A DNA stretch of 63,527 nucleotides, the filler included, from Choristocarpus tenellus KU-1152 (Eukaryota; Protista; Phaeophyceae): assembly GCA_964200185.2 (NCBI GenBank). It is 10 parts of 10 records of this genome, joined end to end, with 100 filler letters (N's around TTAATTAATTAA, not from the genome) between each part and the next. Parts side by side here need not be neighbours in the genome. Positions count along the whole stretch, not along the records: positions 50,023 to 53,108 come from CAXNAD020022422.1; positions 53,209 to 56,065 come from CAXNAD020024162.1; positions 56,166 to 59,472 come from CAXNAD020020901.1; positions 59,573 to 63,527 come from CAXNAD020016949.1; 6 more parts are not named here. One strand, 5' to 3'. The notes beneath the pieces were generated by a model that did no database searches, had not been told where the DNA came from, and was given only the letters and a program-made list of their open reading frames with translations. A program made the translations under genes and the position numbers. The first letter of the stretch is position 1. Each line of letters begins with the position of its first letter. Below, one piece after another: positions 50,201 through 63,425 of the stretch.

Positions 50201-52472
50201 CCCCCTCTCTCGATCGCATTGACCCTCTTCCCTATGTACATTAAATGCCCTTCAGATGTTGCTCATTCTCGATGCCAACACCCTCTTTGTACATCCCACT
50301 GTTGTGCCTAGTGTGTACCTCTTGGAAGGCAATGTTTTTTTGTCTTGAGATGGTAGCAATGAACCCTCAGGGTATGTACGTGGGAGGGAGGTATGAGGGG
50401 GAAAGCATGCAAGGGGGAGATCCTTAGGACTTAAGCAGACATTTGGCTTGTCAGTCGTTGGTATTTGGGTATAGTAAGAAGAGGGGAGTGGAGTGCGCAG
50501 TGCATGGAGGTAAGAAGGAAGGTGTTGATAATGGGTAGGGGTTACGAATACCATCCTTACTGTTGATGTCCCTAAAATCAAATTATTTGTGGTGCAGTAG
50601 GTGTCACATAACATGGCAAAGGTGTAGCAGTTTTCCTAACTTTCTACTACTGGTGTAACAGTTTTTCCCTCAAGGAGTCAATTGAGTGTAAGGGCAGCAT
50701 TTCTTTCTTTTTTTGTGAGGGCTTTGGCGGATTGAGGATGGTTTTATGAAAGGTCTTCTGTAGGGACATAGCCAGATTCTGGGTGAATTTCATCGTTGTC
50801 GCTGTTGGCAGTGTGAGGTGGTTTGAGATTTGTTGGGGGGGAGAGTACGGTGGGATGATATAAATACTTAGGGGTTGCACAGTAGAGTGGAATATTTTGG
50901 TGCCATTATTCTTTTTTCCAGAAGCGATTGGTGAATTCTTGGTGTAGGTGTTGAGGTGATTGCACTGGTGTGAATAACACAGGAGGGCTGTTTTGGGTGC
51001 TGAAACGTTCCAGTGTGGGTGGCAAAAGGGTCAACCAGATCATGAGAGATTTTTTTTCATTATGTATCGATCTAGTGGAATTATCCAGGACTTCAGAGTC
51101 CAGACCAACACCTACATGGAATTCTGTTTTTTTGGAATGCTTGGATCAGTATAGGGGGTTAAATTGACTGTTGTGAGTTAAATTTTTCAACCGGTTGTGC
51201 TTTATTTCTTATTATTATTTTTCGGGTTTCAACTTCTGAGTAGGCGTACGTTGCGCTCCGTTTGCCACAGAGTGGCAAAGTGCAGTGCGTTGGAATCTTG
51301 TTCGATGCTATGCGGTGGAGTTTTGTTGGGGAAGTGAGGAGGCGTGTTGAATTGGCCAGGATCTGTGTCGTTTGGTATAAATAGTTGATTGCACTAAAAT
51401 GAACCAAAATGGGATGAAGCGTATCGGGTACTTTTATTGAAGTAGTGCTCTTTTGGGATAGTCTGGGTTTTGCCTTGAGTGTGTTTTAGAACTTGTACGA
51501 ATTTTCAAACCAAAATTTAAAACCACCGGGAAAAGGATGAGGACCGACTTGCATCCAAGCATCAGTTCTATTTTTGCTCTACTTCTGGTGTAAATCATGT
51601 ACACCACAGGAAGGATTTGATACGTGCTATTTTAGATTGTTTTTGTTGTCCCAGAGGATAAAGAAAAAGTGCCCTGCTTTGTCCTGTATGCTATCATAGC
51701 ATATGTGTAGTGCCATCTCTCTTATTTCATGGCAGGTAATAACACAGTCATGGGTAGGCGTTGACCTGAGCTCGCCTTGCCTCTTCGGGCACAGGATCGG
51801 GGGTTTTTGGAGTGCTAACGTCATTGTTTGAGAGGTATCATTTCCCAAGAACTGTGTGCTGTTAGCAGATAGCATTAAAGAAGAAAAAGGCTGCTGAGAA
51901 GTGGATGGGGTTTCAGTCTACCATGGAGCCAGCAGAGTAGCGAAAAGGTCAAGGCTTGCGTGCAGAGAGGTGCAAATAGCACCCTGTACTTAAGAGGACC
52001 AATTCTCAATTGGTTGAAGAGGAGGCGTTTTGAAGTGGGAACAAGAATAGAGAGTGTGCACATTGCATATCTGCAAATGAGATAGGATGTCTGGATGGTT
52101 GGTCTGTGGGCAGTATCTGGGAATCATTCCACCGAATGTGTTGGCCTTCCTATAAGGAATGTTCCAGGCTGGGTGCAGTCTATAGACTTGGCTCAACACA
52201 TCATTTTTGGGGCCTCTTTGGTCTGTACATGTTTCTTTTGGTATGATGTGTTCCCCTCTCTGAAATCTTTTTTTGTGATATTATTTGGCAGTAATATATA
52301 TATATATATATATATATCGATGTGACTTACCTCTGCCCCCATCTCTCCCCCTTTTGAATGACCTGTGTGGTGATACTATCCCTTCCACCACTTCATCGCC
52401 TCAAATACTGTCCACCCCCCCAACATACATCATGGTAAACCCTGAGGCCAACCCTGACACCCCTCTCTCAAG

Positions 52473-53108
52473 GCGGAAGACATAGAGAAGAAACTAGCCG
52501 AGGTCAAAGATGAGGTGACACGCCGGCGAGAACTTTGCCCAGGACTGGACTCCGCCCTCTCGAGCTCCCAATCAATACCAGCTACAACAAGAACCCCTAA
52601 CAGACCTGGTGCTGCCGCTGTGTTCAAGGGAACAGTTGTACATGGTGTGATACCACCGAGGAGAGGAAACAGGGGACTCACAAGCACTGCTGGTGGGGTA
52701 AGTTTGTTAGATTTGTATGGAATTGGAGGCATAGGTTTGGTTGTCGTATAGATAGGAGCCCTCTCAATGTGGGACAGGGCATTTGAGTTTTTCATGGCCT
52801 GCTCTTCTAAGTCGTCTTCTTTTTTTTTTTTAGCCTTGTCCCTGCAAGCCGCTCTCCACCTCCCTCCCCTCCTCTTCCTCCACCCCTGAATACTCTTCTC
52901 TTCTTTGCCTTCATGATATTGGATGAATGATCAGGTGGAGAGGGGCCGTGGTGAGAGCGTGCGTGGCACTCCAAACTCTTCATCAACATTGCACACCCCA
53001 ACCAACCCCAACAGCGTTGTAGGGGCAGGGCGAGGGGCAATGCCAACCTCGTGGTTGACTCCAGGGGCATCACCTTCTGGGAGGGGTCAAGGTTGGGCTT
53101 CAATGAGA
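52473..53108 (+). CDS. Two internal exons of an uncharacterised gene
   Basis: 52473-52697 (AEDIEKKLAEVKDEVTRRRE..., donor GGG|GTAAGT) and 52935-53108 (open to the contig end), both phase 0. Confidence 0.55.
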
Positions 53109-53208
53109 NNNNNNNNNNNNNNNNNNNNNNNNNNNNNNNNNNNNNNNNNNNNTTAATTAATTAANNNNNNNNNNNNNNNNNNNNNNNNNNNNNNNNNNNN
53201 NNNNNNNN

Positions 53209-55232
53209 CCCCCGCGTCTCCCCCCTCCCCTCCTCCCCCATCCCCCCCCCCCTCCTCCTTGGAGTGTCCTTCATAGAGCGCCTTCCAGTGAGCTGCCTCA
53301 TCCTCCTTCTCTCTCATGGCCGCCTGTCACAAAGTCAGGATGAGAGTCACTTTGAGTTCTTGTAAATCATCAACAACACTAGTCAAAGTAAGAGGATGGA
53401 AGGTTGGATGGAGATGCAGGAAACAAAAAAGTAAGAGCAGGTCGCATTGGATCTGTACATCCAATTTACAAAAACCTACATCTTCAGGGGAAAGGAAAAC
53501 CAACAAGCATTTGCCTTGGAGCTTTGAACTTCCTGACACAGTGCTCAAGCTCAGCTAGATGCTACACACAGGGGAGGAAGAGAGAGGCGTCTCAAATCAC
53601 TTCTAGTGCATACAGCACACAACAGTATGTTACTCCAGGATGTGACTCCAGGATCACGTTGAACACATAAACAAAAAAAAGTCAGGTCTGACAAGGTAGC
53701 AAATACTAAACTTGAGAATGTCACCCAAGTAGTATTGGTAAAACTTGCACATTCTTAGAAATAAAGCAAAAAAATTGTCTGTTAAAAAATTGGAAGTGAT
53801 TGACGCATAGAAAGGGGTGGGGGGTTTACTGCCAAGCCCTTGCAGACTGCCTCATATGCAATGTTGTGCAGTGTGTCACAGTCAGTAGAGACAGAGCAGT
53901 CGGTGGTGTGATATTGTCATATAAAATACATGTTCACACACAAGCAGATAACAGCTTTCCATCTTATGTGAACTTGATTGGAAGGCAGGGTCAACCCAGA
54001 TGCTATTTCCAAGATTACATTCCAACCTAGATACCTTTGATGTGTGTATACAAACTGTTGGGTGAAAAAACAACAGTCACACCTTACGAAAAAAATTGCC
54101 TCTTCCTGCATAGTACCAATCTTTTAAACATACTAAGGTTGCAAGAGCAGACCTGTGGTCCAATGTTGCTATATGCTACCACAGTAAAGCACGGAGTAAC
54201 ACAGTCAGACGTTTAACATGGAACACAATTATTGCCTGCGCTTGTCGAATGACTTCCAATTCACTTTCAATACATAATGTCACACGAGATACAAAATCAA
54301 CTTCACACTCTATAGTTCACCTCCAAGAGTTCAACATCCTTCTACTATTGTGCTGAAGTAACAGAGAGCAGAAGTACACCAGCTCTCTATACAAAACAAG
54401 CCATCTAAAAACCTTTTGTTCCCTAATCTAGACAGGATGCTTTAATACATTCTCATTTTTCACATTAGAAAGTAGTGTACTTCCATCTCGTCTACCCCTA
54501 CTGTTTAACGGTCACTAACTCATCCCAACCCTTTTGCCCTGTGACCATGGCCAAGTTATTCCTTAACATTCACCTGGATTTCCTTGCCGAGTCTCGCCTG
54601 GTCAACCTGGAAACCAATCAACATCCGTTTGTACGCCTAGGAGAACAGGTGGCCATTCGAATGGGTCAGGTGGGGAAAAAGAGATGGGAAGGTGCGCTGG
54701 GGTCGAGCACTTGATTGGGGATTTTAATACGCGCAACGAGTAATTCATGAGCAAGAATTCACTCCAAGAGAGCCGGGCACTGGCGAACTTGCAATCGTAG
54801 TCAATCACTGGGGCTCGCATAATTAACAAGGACGACCACATAGAATGGATGGAAAAACTTGGAAGGAGGCCATGTGCCGAATCTAGCATTGCTTTGAGCT
54901 TTGCTGTTCAGACGTTTCATGTCCAACCCAGAGACTGAAAAAAGAGACATTTGACATAGGGCAGGAGCAAAACTGACACCCACACAAACATGATGCCACT
55001 AATCTTCGAACCTACACACCTCGCCCAGCTAGTAATTTTCTTATTTCAGAAAGAGGTCTACAATTCTCGGCGACCGTTCCACAATCCCAAGTCAAGGTGA
55101 ATTTTCAGGGGTGAGGTTCTGTCTCACCGCGGCTTCGTCGAAAGTGCTGCCGCCGCCTCGGGGATGCCGGTCGGAGAGGGCTTGCACATCGGCCAACACA
55201 GCCTGTGTCACGCCTTGGACTCCCTGCTGCAC
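53209..55232 (-). CDS. Three internal exons of an uncharacterised, probably coiled-coil protein
   Basis: Phase-0 exons 55232-55128, 54636-54574 and 53323-53209: ...STFDEAA|AYKRMLIGFQVDQARLGKEIQ|AAMREKEDEAAHWKALYE... Confidence 0.55.
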
Positions 55233-57129
55233 CTGTTGTTTGTGGTGTTGTGATCGGAGGAAAGTGACCAGTTCCACTCACACTCACTCGAAGGAAAATC
55301 GCTGACTTGACAACACTACTTTAGTACATTCAATCTCCATCTCGAGCACAAGGCTTTAGAGAATGGTATGAAAATGTGGAGTTGGAATAGAGAAACAAAC
55401 ATAGTAATGCACGTATGCAAAGTAGAACCTAGCGAACTTACGTCCATTGACAAACAGGTGCGTTTCTGTGAACACCTCGGATTAATGAATTGTCGGGCTC
55501 GAAGTCAGACATAAAAATAATGGGGAGCCTCTATACTTGGCAGCAACCACGTTGATACTGCAAAGTTAAAATATTTATCACTTTAACAGTGGTGATCGCC
55601 ACTAGTCCCAATTGTTCCAAGTGCCCCTCCATCTTGCCTTACGCCCGAAGCTGTTCAGCATTTTCGGCGATGTGATGCCAGAGGTCTAGTCGTCTTTCGT
55701 CTCAGAATTCTGGACTCTGCTTCCGTCTCAAGGACGGTTTACTAAAGAAGAGTATCCAGAAAGAGACACCACTATACAGACTCGTGGAAATTGGGTGGGT
55801 ACACGTGATCTGAAGGGGGCTGACAATATACCTCAGTTTGAGAAGACGTGAACTTAATTCAATTTGCCAGATAAGTATCTACGTGGAACATAGATGGGTG
55901 GATGGATGGACGGAAGGATGGAAGGATGGACGGGTGGATGGACTGATATGTCATATTGAGTTCAACAATTTCCTTCAAAAAAGAAAGGTAGGGATATGTA
56001 GAAAGCATGTTTGTCTGTTATTATACCGTTATTGCCGTATGTCATATACCGTTATACCGTGGTACNNNNNNNNNNNNNNNNNNNNNNNNNNNNNNNNNNN
56101 NNNNNNNNNTTAATTAATTAANNNNNNNNNNNNNNNNNNNNNNNNNNNNNNNNNNNNNNNNNNNNGGTAATGAAAAGAAGTATGTATACAATGAACAGGA
56201 CACAACAGACAACAGTGAGATTTTCTCGTTCGCCGGCATGCTTTGCATGCTGACTTGTCTTTAACGTATGTATGCATATCCTCCACCATAGCATAGTCGG
56301 GTGGTTGAAGCTCCTCCGCCTTTTGTTCCCCCCCTGTCATGCTAATGCAGTCGCTTTTTTAAGTACAACAAGCCGCTGAGTGTGTCTGGGAGATAGATGC
56401 TGGAACATCACACAAAAATGAAAGAAATTACATCGATGTACGGTGTCTTTGTCGACTCTGCTGCTACAACATCACGACAACACTGCTCATAAGTACGACC
56501 AGAAAACACTTCTAAATGCTACTAGCATCAGATATGTTGGCATTTGAAAGCATACTTTTACATCTATAAATCGTTGGTACATAATATATGTTACGAAGGA
56601 CCACCAACCCATATTGAAGGAGGCTCAAAATCATGAATGGAAACAAAGGATTTAAACTGCCATGCAACCAAAACCTCCTTGTATTATGTACCGCAACAAC
56701 AACATGCTGCTTGGAACGCTCTGAAAACATCGTCATGGATCAAACTAAACACATGTTGTCGCCACCATCGCCCGCGGCAGGTATTAATATCCGCCGCAAC
56801 AAATATGCATACTCGGCTCTCAATACACACCGCCCATTCTTCAAGAGGCCTACGAGGTATACTTTACTTACACGAATATCTGCCACATGCTTGCTAATCT
56901 GACGTCTCTACATTTCCCTAGCACCAGAATTGGGCCGAAAGTGTGCAGCGGTAAACCTAACCCGCGTGTTTGGCTCCAGCGTTTGCGTTGGAGCCAAAGG
57001 TCTCTTCCGTGCCGCTGTACTGCTCCATCCTGTATCCGCTTCAAGGATACGTCCTTGGATGGACGTATGCAAGGGCACCCCCGTACATGCACCTGCACCA
57101 GCAGACGCCCCCCTCCCCTCCCCCATACC

Positions 57130-59472
57130 GATGTTATCCTTATCTTCATCGTCCTCGTCGTCCTTGTCCTCCTTCTGCTACTCCTCGTCCTCCTCCTCCT
57201 CTTCATCTTCCTCCTCGTCCTCCTCCTTGTCGTCGCCGGTGTTGTCCTCCCTTTCGTCCCTATCCCCCCCCCCCTCTCCTCTCCTCGTCCCTTGAATGTA
57301 GTCTTCCATCCTTCTCCTACAAAACCCCCCCTTTCCCTCGTCTCTATAGCAGACTGTAGAACTTTCAAGACCTTGGTAGGAATATTTTTGCCGTTCCCAA
57401 CAAGTTTCTCGCAAGTCGAAACAATACCCACCATGGGTTCCCAGCTCACGTCTCTAACCCGCTTCTGTTTCCCAGTTCGCCTGGATCTATCACCAGCGTG
57501 TATGTAGCCTTCTACAAAACTACTCTTCCCTTACTTCTCAAGGGTCATAAATGCGTCATTGTCACGTGTGTGGTCACTGGTCGGACGAAGCCAGTGAAGA
57601 TCCACCCCACGCTCCCCGTCCTCGCCAACGCGCTCCGCTCGGATCTTGCCGACCAAGAGCGGCACCTCCATTGCCACAAAAAAGGAAAATCTGCCTTCCT
57701 GCGCGGAGACGAGGTTTCCATGGTCCGCCGATGTCAAGGTAGCACAAGGCCAACCCCGTCAACGGGAGCCAGCTTCTTCCTTGTCACTGTCCGATGAGGA
57801 AGAGTCTGTTTCCTCGAGCCCACCAAGATCATTGTCACCGCTGACGAGATTATCTCCTCCACCCAAACGTTCGCCCTGGTCGGTGTCTTCGATGTCGCTG
57901 GTACCAGTTCCAGCGCCATTGTCATCGGTGGGAAGCCAATGGACTGGGAGGTCGAACTCTCGTTCCCCTGTCTTTTTGAGAAGCCGCACAGACTCACTTT
58001 GCTCGTGTTTCGCTCTCTGAACAGCTTCATCATCTGCGAAGGTGGAATCCATGAGCACGAGAACATCAACGGTATTGAAGCATGAATGTTACTTTGTAAC
58101 CAGGCGTGAGGTTTCACGAATGCGCTTGGGGAGCATGCAGTGAGAGGGAGGGTGTATATTTCGTCGGATTCGTGTCTGTTGAGTACAAGACCGGTACCCT
58201 CAAAACATTTATCGGGGGTAATCTATGATACTTTTTATTGTAACATGCGACGATCACTACGCATGAGAATGGAATATTTTTCAAGATTGTTTTTGTAAAG
58301 GCTGTAAAGGCTGCCTCGTACAGAAGTTGCACCAGATTTTTTTTACTGCCACTGAATACAAAAATTAGGCATCAACTCCCCTCACGAAAAAATCGACTTA
58401 CCCAGTGGGTACGCAGCAGCAAGGTGCTCGTGCGATGCCTGGTACCGCTGCTCCACCTTCAGGATGACGTCTTCAGGAACGCTCTTGAGCTGGTAGGGTG
58501 GTGTATCTTGGATACGAGACGGGTGGCCGATGAAGAGCTCATGCGGAGGGGCGTTGGGGTCGATAGCAAGGTCTCCACCTATCCCACTCCATTTGGTGCT
58601 GTGCATGTAGTGCTTTACGCTAACCTTAACCCGCCCATCACTGCCTTTTTCAACACGAAAAGCTCTGTAGCTCGTGATATTGGGGACACGGTTGACGCGA
58701 CCACGAAGGAGTCCCTTGAAGTTTTCCTCGTTCCGTAGGGTCTTGCAATAGACTGGAACCTCGGTGTAAGAGGCCTACAGCTCTTCACCCAGCTGTGTTC
58801 TTGTAAATATATTCTTCCCTTTTATACCATGTGAGAACCTGAAGGTGAAATGCAAGGAAGTTAATTTCGAGGCGGGGGCGAAAGAAACGAAGCAGAGAAG
58901 CAATGTATATATGCAGGCACATGCTCCGATGCATGTATATGGAAGTATAGATATGAAAAGGGGTGATGCGTACATCTTTTTATTGTTTTGTTTCGAGAGT
59001 AGGTTACGAAACAGTTTTGGCAGCTGCTCTTATTGTTCAATTTTGTTGTGGGAAAATCAAAAGCCAATCAATCAATTACAGTGTATGACTATAAACCTTC
59101 CATGGATGCAACAAGCGTGAGCTGCAAGCCTCAAGGCAGTATCTGAACGTATCAAAACACTATGTGGCTATCGCACTTGAATATCTTTCCTAATTACCTG
59201 GAGAAGATCTGATCGATTTTGATGTGCGTGTGCCCCACCATCATAAAATGTATCTCGACCACACGAATGACACTCGCCACGACCAACAGCCCCGCATATC
59301 CGAGAAAGAAATTGTTCTTGTTCTCTGAGACGCAGTTGTCGACCTGGTCAGTTTGGGGAGTTGGGAGCGAGGGAGAGACAGGCGTGAGGCCGATATGTCA
59401 GCCCATTTCGCCGCGTTTCGTGGAGGAACAGGGTATGTTTCCAGTACTGCTAGAGCGCAAGCTCTACATCAC
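57130..59472 (-). pseudogene. Intron-containing Sola-like DDE transposase pseudogene
   Basis: Exon 59343-59198 encodes VDNCVSENKNNFFLGYAGLLVVASVIRVVEIHFMMVGHTHIKIDQIFSR (DNC..ENKN...VGHTH..IDQ.FS motif). It splices in phase to 58838-58402, which carries an in-frame TAG at 58775-58777. Further in-frame stops occur near 57759 and 57531. Confidence 0.8.
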
Positions 59473-59726
59473 NNNNNNNNNNNNNNNNNNNNNNNNNNNN
59501 NNNNNNNNNNNNNNNNTTAATTAATTAANNNNNNNNNNNNNNNNNNNNNNNNNNNNNNNNNNNNNNNNNNNNCCAATGGTCCTCTCCTCCCACCTCTCCA
59601 AATATTGCAATTTTTCCTCAGCATTCCCCCCCCCCCCCCCACAAACTACAAACACCAATCTCCCAGTCAGGGAGGCGAGGGGATACACGGACAACAATAT
59701 AATACAACATTCTTCTTCCTGTCCCC

Positions 59727-60392
59727 CTACTTGCAATCAAAACTAGTAAGTGTGATCGCAAACGCCTGCAGAGGTGACAGTGGATGGCAGAAATCCATAG
59801 TGAATTCGTTTGTGTGTGTGCGCCCAAATTGAAGAGCAATTCGTTCCGCTGAGTCCCCATCAACCACCAACTGGAAGTTCTTGACCGATGCCTGAGTCAC
59901 CCTCCCGTGGAAATTCAGTACGAATGCTTGAACCTGGAGAAATGAAAAGAAATAAAAGAGATGGAAGAAATACACAGACACAGACACAGATGCACACAAG
60001 AAAGCATCAATCAGATCAATCAGTTCCGGAGTCGAGGTTGTCAGGTTGGACTTGTGTGCAGAATGGAGGAATTCTACGGAGCGTGTATTTTGTGCCTGAC
60101 TACAAGTAAGGGTGGGAATACAAAGGGGGTTGGTTTGACAGGAAAAGGCGTAGTAGGGGGTAATTGATCGCCTGTCTGCATCCATAGACTGTCTCTTTTG
60201 AGACGTCGTGATAGGGTTAGGGTTAGGAAGTTAGGGATCAGAAAGATCTTGAACCCGACGCCACGAAGCACACTCCTCGGGCAATACTTCCTCCTCAGAG
60301 GACTTTAACTGCATTCCCCCTAAAGTGAGAGATTTCAACAACCATCATAGACACAAGCGGACGTTTATGTGACTATTAATCTTCATATCATC

Positions 60393-60435
<43 letters not shown>

Positions 60436-62636
60436 ACCCCCCCCACACACAACAAAAAACAAAAAAAAAAAAAACAAAAAAAAAAAACAAAAAAACACAA
60501 ANNNNNNNNNNCCCCTAAAATGGAGAATTTCAGAAAACATCCAAGACCAAACACGGTCTTTATTTCACTTTTAATCCTCCTATAACCGCCCCCCCCCCCC
60601 CCCCCTTCCCACCCGTAACTGTAAGCAACTCGAAGAGATCAAAATAATAAATACAAATAAAGGCTACAATACACATACCTCTTCTTGTCAAAGCAGTATG
60701 GCTTTTACTACGACACTGAGAAGGAAAGGGAGATCGAACATCTTGCCGCCACATGACTCAGGACACAACCATGTTCACCCACACATCCACCCACCTCCAA
60801 CAAAATAGGCCCATTCACAACCCCCCCCCCAAAAAAAAAGTAAAAAAATGTTTGCTACTACAATAGGCCCCCCTTGAGGTTCGACAGATTACGGTCATGA
60901 CTGCACCATCCACCAAGCATCTATAAAACCAGCATCCTATCAGTCACTTCCTAGCCCTTCTATCACACAGACTGAACAATATCGTCAAGGCTCAAGCTGT
61001 GACATCATCACAGCAGTGAGAACCCCCCCCACCCCCCCCACCCCCCCCTCACCAAACATCTCCAACAGACATCGGATGAGTGATCAAGCATATCACCCTC
61101 ACGACCCACATACTTCTACTACTTCAGCACGCACACATGCCACATGACAAGCCTCACCTTGGCATTCCACCGAGGATTTCGGTTTACAAGGCAAGGCTCT
61201 TCTAAGGGGTCCAGCGTGCCTTGCATCATGCGGTAGAGCAGAGGAGTTCCATTTTCCCGGTCTGCGTTATTGCCATGAGTGTTTCCCAGCGCTACCCTCA
61301 TCTTACGTGGGCCATCATACCTGCCAACAGGGGTGTCACAGTGTGTTAGAAGAAGCAGCGCAGAAGGACAGCGATTACTTCCCCTCCACACAGTTCCGTC
61401 AAAAAATAGACAAATTGGGAAAAAGAGAAATTTATATGTATTATATGTACCTGGAAGTACATAAATATATGCATTACATGCACATATTTATTCTATTTTT
61501 TTTCATCTCACAAATGGCGACCCCTAGAAAAAACAACAAAAACTTCAACAGCACCACAAACTGTTCCACTCGCTGTGATTACATATATAACACACAACAC
61601 ATACACTTACGAAAAAATAACAATACTCTGTGGGTGCCAATACCAACCCGTGCAGAACCCCCTCCCCCCAAGTAGAAGTTTCGAGATCAACCGCTCCATC
61701 TGTGCTGGGTGATCAGCCATCGACCTCACTGATTCGATTAACCCTAACCCTGATATTGTGTCGAGCACTTGAAACCCACAATTCAAAATATGCACACAGA
61801 CACACACAGTCGGAAGCCTCATCTCATCCATCCTATATATACCGTTTTTCCCACTATACACACACACTCTGAACCACACTGACAATAATAATGATAACAA
61901 TAATAATAAATATTACTTTCATTCCTGTGACCTCTCGGAGACACATTTACGCTTTTCACTGCCTCCTGTCGAGATCGCACAAGGTGATGGAAACCCCTTC
62001 CACTTAAGATGGATACCAGACAACCAAACAGCTATCATCCTCCCAGCACCACTTCAGCACCCCTGACCCTAACCCTAACCTACAAATGTGTACCACCGCG
62101 CAAAACCATCAGAAAACAAAAAGTGACTCTTGATTTTGCCTTAAAAAAAAAAATTCGATGTGTTCCTAGTGTCATATCCCCCCCTCCCCCCAAACAATAA
62201 AACCACCACCACCACCACCACCACCACCACCACCACCACCAATAAATACACACACATATAACATCCACCACGATAACACTTGAGAGCAACCCTCAAAGGT
62301 CAACAGCAGACTCTTCCCCTAAATCACAACACAACGGTTTCACCAAGAATAGGACCATAATGAACCAAATGACCTCTTGATAAACTCCTTATTTGTGCCT
62401 CTGACTTAAAAAAAGAAAAATCTTTTCCTCGCAATATAAAAGCACAACCCTAACCCTAACCCTACCTACCACGAACAAGGATGTGTCTTGATACTACAAT
62501 TACACTACCCACACAATACAATTAGGGTAGACATATGGCAACGGGCGAACCTGCCATGAGGGTCCATCTTGTCAGAAGTATAGCGAACTGCTGCAACTTC
62601 CTTTTCACCTTCCCCACTGGCATCACGTGAAAATAT
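59727..62636 (-). CDS. Tubby-like protein (Tub domain), 3' part
   Basis: Exons 62636-62551 (KEVAAVRY), 61320-61158 (GPRKMRV...NRNPRWNAK) and 59933-59727 ([20 protein letters not shown]...LQFGR....[25 protein letters not shown]) have matching phases. Confidence 0.93.
62202..62241 (+). repeat. (ACC)n microsatellite
   Basis: About 13 perfect units in a tubby intron. Confidence 0.9.
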
Positions 62637-63255
62637 CTGAAATAGAGCCGATCGGGTAGTCATTTTCACCCCCAAAGCGGAAAATAAAGGAAAAGGGTTA
62701 GGGTTATTACTATATATATATATATATTTTTTTTTGGGGGGGGAGGGCAACAATGTCAATGGTCATCTGTCACCTTAAAAAAAACAAACTTACAGAACAG
62801 AATAGTTTTTAATGATACGTAATTTTCTCTAATCGATGCATACTATGTTCATCAAGCAACCACCCACCCCTCCCCCCCCTCCTAAACCCCAAAAAGAGAC
62901 AGGCGTGGAAAAAGACACTGACAATGGGGGCGGGATTCGATCAAGGAAATAAATTTAAAAAGAGATTGGGTGGGATATTTTAAATTTTATTTCACAATAA
63001 TTTGCTAAAAGAAACTAACGGAAAGTAGTCAGTACATACTACTACGGCATAGACAGCATTAATACAGGATCAGTAGTAGTAGTATCCTAATGTCTTCAAC
63101 CCCTAGTGTCATCAAAAGGTACACCCTTGCTTCTGTAGGCGAGAGAGGGTCCCGTGACCACAGCCCCCCTTGTACTCAAAAATCAATAACACAAAACCTT
63201 CAGTAAATTCTATGTCAACCACCTATCAAGAACTGTATTAAACTACGACCCGAAG

Positions 63256-63425
63256 CATTCAAGAGGCTAGGGCCGTGTCCGTTTGGGGTCATAAATCCAA
63301 TGTTGCAATTTTGATGTAGTTTTGACTTATCGTGTTTGTTATGGTTAGGGTTAGGGTTAAGTGTCAATATTCTTAGGGTTAGGGTACACACCTTTCATCG
63401 AGTTGTGTACATCTTAGATTACTGT
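63256..63425 (-). mobile_element. MITE family B, partial copy carrying two telomeric patches
   Basis: Collinear with the reverse complement of 47110-47262 (CCA(T/A)TGTTGC(G/A)ATTTTGATGTA.TTTTG...GTGTTTGTTA...AAGTGTCAATA...CACACCTTT). Confidence 0.8.

Noticed and set aside
50400-52250. Long A/C-rich minus-strand stretch with broken ORFs, LINE-like in composition
   Set aside because: No reverse transcriptase, endonuclease or RNase H motif could be recognised. A translated search is needed.
23301-59572. Repeated TTAATTAATTAA inside N runs, and ORFs ending in XXX...LIN
   Set aside because: Artificial concatenation linkers. Gene neighbourhood across them has no biological meaning.
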